Assembly: GCA_946965045.2 (NCBI GenBank)
Contig: OX337234.1
Location: 2,542,001-2,606,000 of the forward strand
DNA length: 64,000 bases
Reading direction: 5' to 3'
Source: Epithemia pelagica
Taxonomy: Eukaryota; Protista; Bacillariophyta
The notes under the pieces were generated by a model, which did no database searches, was not told where the DNA came from, and saw only the letters and a list, made by a program, of their open reading frames with translations. A program made the translations under genes and the position numbers. Positions 1 through 9,856 of the stretch are shown piece after piece. The number at the start of each line of letters is the position of its first letter. Position 1 is the first letter of the stretch.

Positions 1-595
1 GCTGTTGTGGAGAGACAAATTGTTCCTCGTCCTGCACTTCCGTCGAGAAAGACCTTTGCAAATTTCCCTCCTCCAGTGAGATCCCACTGTTCCTTCTCCT
101 GATTTCACTTTGGTTATTGTTCTTCTTGCCCACTCGGCGTTGCGCATCTTTGAGTTCGAGAATCTTTCGTATTAACAAATGCTGCTCGTGGCCCTCATCC
201 AACTTTTTTTTCAATGTTGCTTTGTCAACCTTCCCATTCGGAAAGCCGTGAATAGCTTGCGACACTTGCTGACGACTATTTACATTCAGGACGCGACCTC
301 CATTGAGCTTACAGAGATCTCGTTCCATTTCCTCCAATGATTCATGCGTCGGTACTGTGACCCACTCATCGACGTTTTCATTGTCGGGGAAACTACCATT
401 TTTTGATGCCATGTCATCCTCTTTCGTGGAACTGGACGAATGAAACCGTCGTCGCGAAAATGCTAGAGAAAGAATGGAAGTATCCTGTACTGGCACGAAA
501 GCCGCCGTCCGATGGTTTCGTGCAATGCGAGTTGGAGCAAAGGCTGCGGTCCAACAAGCGGCACGACTTCTGCAGGCGAGGAACGCCATTGTCAT
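1..595 (-). CDS. 5' part of a gene running off the left edge; organelle-targeting-like N-terminus and a segment resembling the family A DNA polymerase thumb
   Basis: Hand translation from ATG at 595 (or 589) is stop-free to base 1: MTMAFLACRSRAACWTAAFAPTRIARNHR...SLEEMERDLCKLNGGRVLNVNSRQQVSQAIHGFPNGKVDKATLKKKLDEGHEQHLLIRKILELKDAQRR. Absent from the ORF track (no stop inside the window). Confidence 0.7.
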   Translation of the reverse strand, partial: MTMAFLACRSRAACWTAAFAPTRIARNHRTAAFVPVQDTSILSLAFSRRRFHSSSSTKEDDMASKNGSFPDNENVDEWVTVPTHESLEEMERDLCKLNGGRVLNVNSRQQVSQAIHGFPNGKVDKATLKKKLDEGHEQHLLIRKILELKDAQRRVGKKNNNQSEIRRRNSGISLEEGNLQRSFSTEVQDEEQFVSPQQ

Positions 596-906
596 ATGGA
601 TCGCCAATGGACAGCACCAAGAAAATGAAAGCATCTCATAACAATCGATGCAGGGAGCGCCAGCGTGGAAGGATCGTGGATGAAAGAAAAAGACGTGGAT
701 CCTATCCACGTTGTGTATGGATCTTTTTCCCAAGAGACGAAAGAAAATGTGACAAGATGTTTTGGCAAGCAAAAAAAGGGACAGTCCACGACCGTGGATG
801 GCTGGCGCTTGGTCGCCTTAGAATCGCGTTAAGTCCCAGATCCACAAAGACAATGTTTTTTCCATGTATTCTATTCTACTCCTATGTGCTTCTTTCCAAC
901 ATCACG

Positions 907-1593
907 ATGAAATCAATTCTGCCGGCAGTTGTTCTCGCAACCATCCTCTCATCCATTGACGGCGCTACGCTTGAAACAGATGCAGAAGACTCGTGCATAT
1001 GTACCCTTTTGGATCGTCCGAATGTGCTTGAGAAAGAGAAGCGCGCACGATGGATGGTCCACTCCCTCAATTTTGGTGTTCTCTCCACCATAAGTTCTCG
1101 ATTGCCGGATCAACCGCCCTTTGGGAATGTGTACAGTTTTGTAGATGGTCTATGCAATACGTCCTCGGGAGTCCCGTATTTTTATGGAACCTACATGGAT
1201 CAATCCTTCAAAGATTCCAAGGAGAATCCCAGTGCCTCATTTACCTTGAGCGAAGCTTCGCTTCCAAGTTTATGCGCTGGAAAGGACCCAATCAAGGCAT
1301 GTGCGTCCCACACAGGTTTGGGAGATCCAGAAAATCCTATTTGTGCCCGCCTGACCTTGACGGGGAAACTGGTGGAAGTTCCGTCATCCACCAAGGAATA
1401 TGAGGAGGCCAAGAATGCTCTTCTTCAACGACATCCAGTAATGCAACACTGGCCCACCGGCCATAATTGGATTGTGGCAAAGCTGGAGATTGAAGATATT
1501 TGGTTCATTGATTATTTTGGTGGGGCTAGCATCCTTTCGGTGGATGATTATTTTTCAGTGAATCTATTTCCCTCGACAGACAACGAAGGATGA
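907..1593 (+). CDS. CREG: CREG-family secreted/lysosomal glycoprotein (pyridoxamine 5'-phosphate oxidase-like split barrel)
   Basis: Signal peptide MKSILPAVVLATILSSIDG at 907; motifs ARWMVH..FGVLSTIS, PFGNVYSFVDG, GVPYFY, DPENPICARLTLTG, RHPVMQHWP.GHNW, IWFIDYFGG. Confidence 0.9.
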   Translation: MKSILPAVVLATILSSIDGATLETDAEDSCICTLLDRPNVLEKEKRARWMVHSLNFGVLSTISSRLPDQPPFGNVYSFVDGLCNTSSGVPYFYGTYMDQSFKDSKENPSASFTLSEASLPSLCAGKDPIKACASHTGLGDPENPICARLTLTGKLVEVPSSTKEYEEAKNALLQRHPVMQHWPTGHNWIVAKLEIEDIWFIDYFGGASILSVDDYFSVNLFPSTDNEG

Positions 1594-2112
1594 TACCAAA
1601 TCTGAGGAAATTCATCACTTCCTTCGAAAAGTGTAAGCACTCATCATCACGAGGGAGGAGATGAACTGCACAATTAAGGGACCTTGTTCAATGTTTCTAT
1701 TTTGTTGTCTTGAGGCTACTGAAAAGCTTAACATGGCAAATGGCACTCCTAGGAGTAACATAGATAGGAGTAGGTAGGAGAAGATTAGTGTCTTAGACTC
1801 AAGAGCTAACATCTACATTAAGGTACGGGATTCGATAGGCGGAGACATTGCTGCCGTCAATTCTCAATGCCAAATTTGGATGTCTCATAGCAAGCAGAAG
1901 CGACAGGAAGGCAAAGGGACTGTCGAGGCCATATACAAAGCACCTCTCTCTATCTTTCTCTCTGGTCCCAGCAACGAGATCGCGTTTCATCCGAACACGG
2001 AACGATTGTGTGTCGCTATCTCGAGGGAACATATCGAGTCTCCTCTTAGTACTCCACTCCATTACGTGAAGCTCTTCGCCTTTTTCGACATAGCTGACAG
2101 CATCATTCGTAC

Positions 2113-3329
2113 ATGGTGGTGGAATCTGATCGGCCACTCTCCTCAGACAATATAAAGCAGATTCTGGAGGATATCGAAATCGAACGAGACGACGAGAAGC
2201 AAGCCAATACCAGTTCGGCACCCGATCTTGAGAGCACGAGTGTTCAGAGCGGCCTGAGTAGTGTAAGCAACGAATCTCCCACCAACCATTTTCAAAAAAG
2301 AAGACCAAGAACCGATCGGAAAAAGAAAGTGTATACATCGATTCCCTCCAGAACGATCCGAGCTATTATGGATACAGTTGCCCATTCTCGAAAACATGCG
2401 TCTTCTCGTGGGGGATTGACAGTGCCCACGGGGGCCGATCTGGGCTCTTCACCCACACCGGGTTCTGCACCCCTCCGAAGCAAATCGGTCGGCTCTTCGG
2501 CGGCACCCTCCGCCACACCGACCTTAACGTTGAGTGCGTGGCAATATTGGAGTCGTTTGACGGATTTGCGTCAAATGGACATGCAATCAGCTTTGGACCA
2601 AATGAAAACACTTTTGAGTACCCGTCCTCATGTAGTATACAAGACATCGTACTACCGAAAACAAACAAAGAATCATTGGGCCCGAGATGACCCAGCCTTT
2701 TTGTTCTTACAAGGGATCTTCTTGATCGTCTCCGCCGTTGCCTATTCAGTGGCTTTTCGAATTAGCATTACTGGATCCATTTCATTTCTGCTGTATACGG
2801 TTGTCTGGAATTGGCTTGGTATGGGCATTGCCTTGGCTACGCTTTGTCGAGAAATTGCCAATCGACAATTAGTGGGCCAGCAAGCAGCAACCAGCACGAG
2901 CCATGTGAGACAACAAGTTGAATGGCTCTATGCATTCGATATCCATTGTAATTCCTTTTTCCCAGTCTTTGTGGTTCTCTGTAAGTTTTCTGAAGGCACA
3001 TTCGTTGCGGTGCCCTGTTTACAAGACGTGTTGCTTACGACGTTTGTTTATCTTTGACAGATGGGGCACAATTCTTTCTGTTACCCCTGGTTTTGGGCGA
3101 GGGGCTGATTTCGTTGTTGTTGGCAAATACACTATACGCTGTGGCCTTGTCATGGTATTGGTACATTACGCACGTGGGCTACAGATCTTTACCATTTTTG
3201 GGCAACACAGAAGTGTTCTTGTTCCCAATCGCAGCCATTGCTCTTGTGTTTGTCGCCAATATTGTTGGATATCCCTTTGGCTTTGGATGGAATGCCGCTC
3301 GAGTCATGGCTAGGTTTTACTTCATGTAG
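2113..3329 (+). CDS. UNC50: UNC-50/GMH1 Golgi membrane protein, 2 exons (intron 2981-3060); start uncertain
   Basis: QMDMQSALDQM, YRKQTKNHWARDDPAF, VEWLYAFDIHCNSFFP; GTAAG..TTGACAG phase-1 intron joins ORFs 2113-3057 and 3054-3329 (VVL-Y-GAQFFLLP). Confidence 0.92.
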
Positions 3330-3626
3330 CGGTATGAAGGAACAGGGACAATCGCGACAAAAGGATAGGCTATAATCGATTGCAACAGTAAGCGTTTTGT
3401 ATACAAATGACGGCGTTGCTTATAATCTTATAGCCATTGAAGCAACTCAATCTCCCTGGACCGAAGTAACAGCCAATGGAACTTAACAAAATCTATTATT
3501 ACTCAACTGAACAACTATAATTCTCGTTCGGAATCAGGAGAGAAACGAAACGACAAACCGTTTGTGGCGCATATCTCTGGAGACTGTATCCTTCATCTTC
3601 TATGTAATCCTTCAATCTTGGTCCGC

Positions 3627-4431
3627 CTATAGAATTTCGCAGCAGGAACTCTTATCCTTTGGGGTGCAACCAACTTGTTCGGTATCCAAAACAAGTTCTT
3701 TGGAGGGCTCCCCTTTGCCTCCCGAAGAGCCGTCCACAGCATATAATCTCACGCAATAGGTTTTTCCTGGCTCCAAGGGTTCTGCTACCACCCGTTTGGC
3801 GTCACTGGCACGGATGCCTGTCTTTTGGTTCTGACCATAGGAGGGCGCCGGATACTCTTTCCATTCCAGTACGTATTCCAAATTTGAATCACTCAGGGGT
3901 TCAAACTTGAGAGCTATTGTTGTCTAGTAGCAATGAGAGAGGTGAACCATGGTTGTGTGGGGGAAAGGTTAGGATCACTGGTCGGTAGGAACATTGGTTC
4001 GAATTAGCACATTGACACACATATATGGAAACGTTCCAATGCACCGTTAAATCCCTTTGCTTCTCAGATACTATCTAGCAAAAAGCAGATGTCGACATTT
4101 CAAACAATCCGACAAGGAGTCTAATGAAAAAATCATTGAAGCTCATGGTGTCTTGCTGGTTGGAAACGTTTGCCATTTCACCGCTCGATGACCGTAGCAC
4201 AAACTCCTTCCCTCCGAATGTATAAACTCAGGTCTCTGCACAAGGACCACTGAAGATTGTTGCTCAGTAATCTCATGTAGAACGTATCGAGATATTCTCG
4301 TCCCAGGGGAGCTCGTTTGTGTTCTCTTGGTCGTCGGCAGCATTGGTGGCAGCTGGAACCATCGCGTCAATTTTGTCACTCACCTCTGTCGTGTCAATGA
4401 GTTCAAGCTTCGGTCCTGGAGGAACAGACAT
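3627..4431 (-). CDS. Small (114 aa) single fibronectin type III domain protein with C-terminal CCEIL prenylation motif; exons 4431-4384 and 3923-3627
   Basis: Exon 1 MSVPPGPKLELIDTTE, GTGAGT donor at 4383, CTACTAG acceptor at 3924, in-frame TTIALKFEPLSDSNLEYVLEWKEY...LEPGKTYCVRLYAV...GEPS (FN3 pattern), ends SSCCEIL. Confidence 0.8.
4059..4142 (-). ncRNA. Intronic box C/D snoRNA with two LSU rRNA antisense elements
   Basis: Terminal stem GCTTC/GAAGC, box C-like ATGATT, D'-like CGGA, box D CTGA; guides TTAGACTCCTTG (complement of LSU CAAGGAGUCUAA) and GCTAGATAGTA (complement of LSU UACUAUCUAGC). Confidence 0.85.
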
Positions 4432-4759
4432 TTTGTACAAGGCCTGTATGTAAAGTAAGCAATGGATGAAGCAAGAATGGTTGCTTCAATGATATCTCAA
4501 AGCCGATACGGTTGGGAGGATGCGTAATACGCGCATTGGAGAGATGGAATAAGCTTTTTGGATCTTTTTCTCAAAAAAAGCGCCAAAATACGCTCAAATT
4601 TGGTAGGAAAATAAGTGACAGACAGACGGACGAACATTCAGATTCAGTCGCGTTTATCTCCGCGTGGTGCCACGTGGCTTTCGGTCAGCCATTGCTTCCT
4701 CCTTTCCCATCATTGTTTTTGACATTTTGATCTGTTTGATACCACTCGGTCTCCCGACC
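4432..4759. promoter_or_regulatory. Probable bidirectional promoter between the FN3/snoRNA host gene and RRP9
   Basis: About 330 bp between divergent ATGs at 4431 (-) and 4760 (+); no specific motif identified. Confidence 0.5.
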
Positions 4760-6295
4760 ATGGCGAATAGCCAGAAAACGAGATCGAATATGGAAGGCCG
4801 TCGTGCTTCCCGAAAGAGAGGACCATCGAACATCAATCTTGCGGATGTGAACATTGATTCGGACGACAGTGACGAACATGATGATGTTTCCGTCCAAAGT
4901 AGCTCCGACGAACTAACCGAGGAAAACTTGGCTGCCAAAAAAGTGCGCTTGGCTCGAGAATATTTAGAACGGGTAGAAGCCGCTAGCAGCAGTGATGACT
5001 CGGAAGATGAGGATGACGAGATGGGAGAGAATGAAGACAGACACTCAAAGTTGACCCATCGTTTACGTGATCGGCGACTGGAACAGACGGGAGGATTGGA
5101 AAAGTTGGTTGCGGATAAAATATCACAGAGTGTGAGCGACATCAACTCGAAAGTTTCTAGTGGAGCTGCTGCATCGGTTCATGATATCGATGCTGAGAGA
5201 CAGGCAAAAGCGTGGATTTCGGCTGGACACGTGCGTTTACTCAGGGGTCATGATCTGTCGCCGACCTGCGTTGCCTTGCAGAATGATGGATCACGGGCAC
5301 TGTCAGGTTCGAAAGATCATTCAGTGATTTTATGGGACGTCGAAACGTGTCGCATACTGCAAGTTTTGTGTCCGCATTGGAAGAAACAACATATGGACAA
5401 TTCCTCCTCTCGAACGGATGGCCAAATACTGTCGGTCGCCTGTTCTCACGACGGTCGATACGCCGCAGTGGGTTCACGAGATGCCGTAGTTCGAATATAT
5501 GATGTACGGCTCCATTCAAAGCAATCATCATCCGACAACAATCTTCAGTCAGGACGACAACCAAACATGGTGAAGGAGTTTCGGGGTCATAAAGGGGCTA
5601 TTACATCGCTTTCTTTCCAGGCAGGCTCGTCGAATCTTTATTCGGCAAGTGAAGATCGGTGTATTCGAAGTTACAATCTGGATGAAATGGTTCAGCTGGA
5701 GACCTTGTACGGCCATCAACTCGGAGTTACGTCGATCGATTGCTACGAAAAAGAACGACCGGTTTCGGTGGGACGCGATCGAACGGCAAGGGCATGGAAG
5801 TTAGCGGAAGATACTCATATGATTTATCGTGGTGGAGGTCAAATGCAACCTTCGGAATGTGTTTCGATAATCAAGGATGACTGGTTCTTGACCGGACACG
5901 AGGACGGTCAACTCTGCTTATGGTCGACCGATAAAAAGAAGCCAGTCGTGTCGTCGAACCAGGCTCATGGTGCAAACGTTGAGGGCACCAATCGATCGAT
6001 TGTCTCTGTCGGTGCTCTTCGAAGGAGCGATTTGGCGGTGTCCGGTTCCTGTGATGGATTCATGAGACTTTGGAAGATTCAAATGGGTGCTACCAAAGCT
6101 GACAAGAGAGACATTACAGAATGTGGCCAGGTGCCGATACATGGATACATTAATGATATTGCCGTGGGACCAGACGCGAGGTTTGCTGTGCTTGCTGTTG
6201 GAAATGAACATCGACTTGGAAGGTGGAATCCTGTGGCGAGAGCCAAGAATCGTCTGGCCATTGTCCATTCACTGTCAAATGAGTCGAACAAATAA
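4760..6295 (+). CDS. RRP9: U3 snoRNP WD40 protein RRP9 / U3-55K
   Basis: Acidic N-terminus with KVRLAREYL; WD repeats SGSKDHSVILWD, LYSASEDR, LETLYGHQ, SVGRDRTARAWKL, SGSCDG; terminal AVGNEHRLGRW. Confidence 0.92.
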   Translation: MANSQKTRSNMEGRRASRKRGPSNINLADVNIDSDDSDEHDDVSVQSSSDELTEENLAAKKVRLAREYLERVEAASSSDDSEDEDDEMGENEDRHSKLTHRLRDRRLEQTGGLEKLVADKISQSVSDINSKVSSGAAASVHDIDAERQAKAWISAGHVRLLRGHDLSPTCVALQNDGSRALSGSKDHSVILWDVETCRILQVLCPHWKKQHMDNSSSRTDGQILSVACSHDGRYAAVGSRDAVVRIYDVRLHSKQSSSDNNLQSGRQPNMVKEFRGHKGAITSLSFQAGSSNLYSASEDRCIRSYNLDEMVQLETLYGHQLGVTSIDCYEKERPVSVGRDRTARAWKLAEDTHMIYRGGGQMQPSECVSIIKDDWFLTGHEDGQLCLWSTDKKKPVVSSNQAHGANVEGTNRSIVSVGALRRSDLAVSGSCDGFMRLWKIQMGATKADKRDITECGQVPIHGYINDIAVGPDARFAVLAVGNEHRLGRWNPVARAKNRLAIVHSLSNESNK

Positions 6296-6423
6296 GTAAC
6301 ATGAATCCAAACGGGCAGAGAAACATATCTATCATCTATCCCCGTCGAAAAAGCAAAGGCCATTCAAGTCTGGACTACGTGGTAAGAAAAAATGAATCGA
6401 ACTTATCAAGGTGAGGAGTCTAT

Positions 6424-7280
6424 TTAGCGAGATGGAAAAATTGGAACACCGGAACAAACAGATGCCATTGTCAAGCAAGTCAAGCTGTATGCCACCGACG
6501 TTAGGTATGTTGCAACAAATGTCAAGGTTATGGCCTTGGTTTTGCTCAGCTGGGTTCGTTGCTGAACAAACCTTGAAAGGCGCTCCATCTTTGGGGCCAA
6601 GGCTAATGCTAGTGCCACTCGAATGGGTCGGAGGAAATTGTTTGCAACCCAAAAGCCAGCATAAAATGCGAGGAATCCTTTCCATAGGCCAGGTGACAGT
6701 GGAGAAAGCCCCGTCTATGGATTCAGACAGTGTAAAAAGTGATGAGATAAAGTCTCAATAACCTCAACATTGCGTATTCGTCCTTCCTCATTTTACTTAC
6801 TCGAAGGGAATAGAAAAACCAAGCTATACTGGTGGACGATCCAGAATTTACTTGACTTACAACGTTGTAAGACATGGCGGCGTAAACTCCCATTTTTGTG
6901 AGCCGCTGACGAAGGGTCAAACCATCTTCATTGGTGCCTAGACCCATATATTTCAGGATCCGACTCTTGACGGAGGTGGCGGCCGATTCGGTGGACGAGT
7001 TGAAATTCTCCACGGTTGCCGTCGACATGGCTCTTTCCGAATTCGGCAAACTTGTCGGCACTCGTTGTTGATGAGGGTGGTTCCATATCGGATTCATTCG
7101 AGTACAAGGGCGTTCCTGAAGAGACCACAGTTGTGCTGGTTCTTGAAACATGGATCGTCGTTCGCCCATGCGAACGCGGGTTGACGAAGCGGGGGAATAG
7201 CCATTGGAGGACAGGGTCAACCATGTGAAGACAAGGAAAACCAGGGAGTATAATGGACGGATACTGTTGGTTTGGGTCAT
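6424..7280 (-). CDS. DUF1279/FAM210-like membrane protein, probably plastid-targeted; intron 6715-6800
   Basis: Signal peptide ending SSNG-YSP; LRQRLTKMGVYAAMSY..IAWFFYSLR|TGLSPLSPGLWKGFLAFYAGFWVANNFLRPIRVALALALAP; paralog at 45465-46345 with the same intron position. Confidence 0.7.
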
Positions 7281-7741
7281 GGTCTCGTCCAGAAAAGATC
7301 AAAGGCAACGGGATTGTGTTTATGGATAGATATGGCAAACAGTTTGCCAACTGTATGACATTCAAACTTCGTTTCAGTTGATGGATTGTGACTTGTGACG
7401 CCAATTGGATCGACCGGTCGCTTCCACTCGGCAGATGTCAAAAAAAGAAATGGATACAATGGGACCATCGACAACGGACCATCCGTCGTCGAGAGAACAC
7501 AAACACCCAAAAGATAGCCGAAAACCCAAAAGGGGGATCGCGGTTTCCAGGTTCCTTGTGAAGAATTCTTCGTGTCGGGCCACGTCAATCGAAAGGATGC
7601 TGATGGACATATCGTGTGTCAATCGACTATGAGCTGGAATGTAGAACACGTCACGTGATTTGATGTTGGCGCATCTGCTCGGCCATCGCATCTGTTCATC
7701 ACGCCGTCCTTCGTTCATTTAAGTATCAACGCGCATGCACA

Positions 7742-8188
7742 TCACGCTGGCGGATAATCATTTAAATGATTGTTACCCCAGTGTTCGAGGTCTGTGGAAA
7801 CGATGTGCGCGTAATCGGCATTGCTGGTAAAGTACACACCCCCGTTTCCCTCGCTCATACCTGGAATATCGAGGGAGGACATGTCTCCAGGAGACATCTT
7901 AAAGGCCTTGAGCATGGCGGGTGCCATTTCTCCCTTTTCTCCCATTTTGAACAGCTGGGGGGCGTGTCCGAGAATGGGGTAGGACCTCCAGCCCGGCGGA
8001 TGAGGAGGCACGACAAAGGAAGCAGAGCTCACCGGTTTCGTTTCTGTCCCACTGTTGGAAAGGTCAGTGGCGAAAGGACATTTCCTCTTTTCCCCTTGGA
8101 CCGCAACGGCGGGGCATTCCATTTGGTGGTGATTTTTGCTGGCTTCGACGATCATGATCGCAATTCGGTTCGATTGGTAAATGAGCAC
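7742..8188 (-). pseudogene. Truncated cytochrome P450-like N-terminal fragment
   Basis: PPHPPGWRSYPILGHAPQLF..MLKAFK..GDMSSLDIPG..VYFTSNADYAHIV resembles the P450 Pro hinge/A-helix/beta1 region; the ORF stops well before any I-helix or heme Cys and I found no continuation. Confidence 0.4.
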
Positions 8189-8725
8189 TAAGATTGGAAA
8201 GGTTTGGATTTGTAATTTGTAAGAGGGATTCGCAGAAGGATTCTAGAGTTAGGGTTAGCAAGAAAAAAGAAGACCTGGTTTGGAGATCCAAGGTCCTTCG
8301 CTCGGAACTTGGTTAACGACTCAAACCAATCGTATCAAATCCGGAGAAAGGGGGAGGGGGTGTTGCAGAGAGTCCTTCTTCCCCCCCCCCCCCCAGCTCG
8401 AAGTCGGGGAAACGTATGTTCCGATGGCAAGCTAGAGCACCAACAACATGTTGCCGGCTCGATCGGGTCGGCCGGCCGGGCTTTTTGCCTCCGGGTTGCG
8501 CGCCGAAGGCTTTGGCAATGCGCCACCGGGGTGGGGGGAAAAGCCAACACACGAAAGCACACAAAATCCACACAGCGAGCGACTACCGTCCATAAATAGC
8601 AACCTCCACCACCTTGCTTCGCAACACCCCTTCCGGTTGGTCGGTGCCCGCAACACCCCACAAAATCACAAACACAACCAAACACAAACACATCAAACAC
8701 CTCAAACTCAGCACCGATCGGGAGG

Positions 8726-9086
8726 ATGATGTCTCCCCTCGAATCCTCCGGGAGCCACGACAGCCACCTCACGAACGACCACGACCACGACGACGAGCGC
8801 GACGACTATCACAACCACAAGAAGCACCCGCGGGTGGTGCCGGTGGCGTGGTCGCTCTTCTGGATGCGGTGGCGGGGGAAGCCGTGGTCCCTGGGATTGC
8901 TGTTGGTGTTTCTGGTGGTGGTGGCGGGACACCGGCTGTTCGCCCGCATCGAGGGACACAAGTCCTACGTTCATTCCCCCATCCACACGACCGAGCGGGA
9001 CTGTCCGTCCCCGGGGTACCCCACCCTGGCACAGCAGCAGCAGCAACAGCAGGCATCCACGACCATCCCCGACCCGAAATTTCCAC

Positions 9087-9126
<40 letters not shown>

Positions 9127-9856
9127 CTGCCTGACGACCCTGACGGACGAGCAGGAGAAATCCCGGCTCCAGAAATGGGTCCGGTGGCGGAACTTCGACG
9201 GCCTCCTGGAGCTGACCTGGGACAACAAGGCCTCGTACGCCAACAAGCACGGCTACCGCCTCTTCGACGAGTCCGCACAGCTCGATCGGTCCCGGCCCCC
9301 CTCCTGGTCCAAGATCAAGGCCACCCGCCGATTGCTCCTGGAGGAGGGCTGCGAGTGGGTCTGGTGGGTCGACGCCGACACGGTCGTCATAAACTCGGCC
9401 AAGTGCGCCGAGGACTTTCTGCCGGCGAGCAACACCAACGGCGACCTCCTGCTGTCGGAGCACTCCTCGGGGGGCTTCAACGCCGGCGGCTGGTGGATCC
9501 GAAACTCGGAGTACTCGCTGGCCTTCCTGGACGAGTGGTGGAACAAGAAGGAGTACGTCAAGCCCCCGGGCCTCGCCAAGTCGGGGGACAACGACGCCTT
9601 CCAGGTCCTGCTGAAAAAACGCAAGGAGGACTTCGGGGACCACCTCCTGACGCCCTCGGGCTGCACCTTCAACTCCTTCGCGTTGTTTTTCACGCCGAGG
9701 GAGCTGGCGGCCTTCCAGGTCTCGGGGGAGGCCATCACGGAGCAGGACTGGTACACCAGCGACAAGTTCTACCACAAGGGGGACCTCCTCGCGCACGCGG
9801 CCGGCTACAACAACAAGGAGGACTCGATCCGGATGCTCCTCGACCTGGCGGAATGA
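8726..9856 (+). CDS. Glycosyltransferase family 34 (GMA12/MNN10-like), type II membrane protein, intronless, very high GC3
   Basis: TM segment SLGLLLVFLVVVAG; NKASYANKHGY, RPPSWSKI, EWVWWVDADTVV (DxD), FNAGGWWIRNS, DNDAF, KGDLLAHAAG. Confidence 0.9.
9088..9125 (+). repeat. (CAG/AGC)n microsatellite encoding poly-Ser in the GT34 stem; shorter poly-Gln run near 9032-9052
   Basis: About 12 consecutive CAG units seen directly. Confidence 0.95.

Noticed and set aside
403-906. N-terminal 168 aa of the CREG ORF
   Set aside because: Starts at TTG, overlaps the divergent minus-strand gene, and the signal peptide begins at ATG 907
1615-2155. Small ORFs 1615-1812 (-) and 1880-2155 (+) as separate genes
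   Set aside because: No recognisable motifs; they may be UTR or an unresolved UNC50 5' exon and cannot be supported from sequence alone
3960-4015. tRNA gene suggested by GGTTCGAAT
   Set aside because: The T-stem does not pair and no cloverleaf forms
4145-4290. Second (H/ACA or C/D) snoRNA in the same intron
   Set aside because: One hairpin and an ACA are present, but I found no convincing H box or rRNA-matching guide; worth an Infernal scan
8236-8250. Telomeric repeat GTTAGGGTTAG
   Set aside because: Fewer than two full units; compatible with chance
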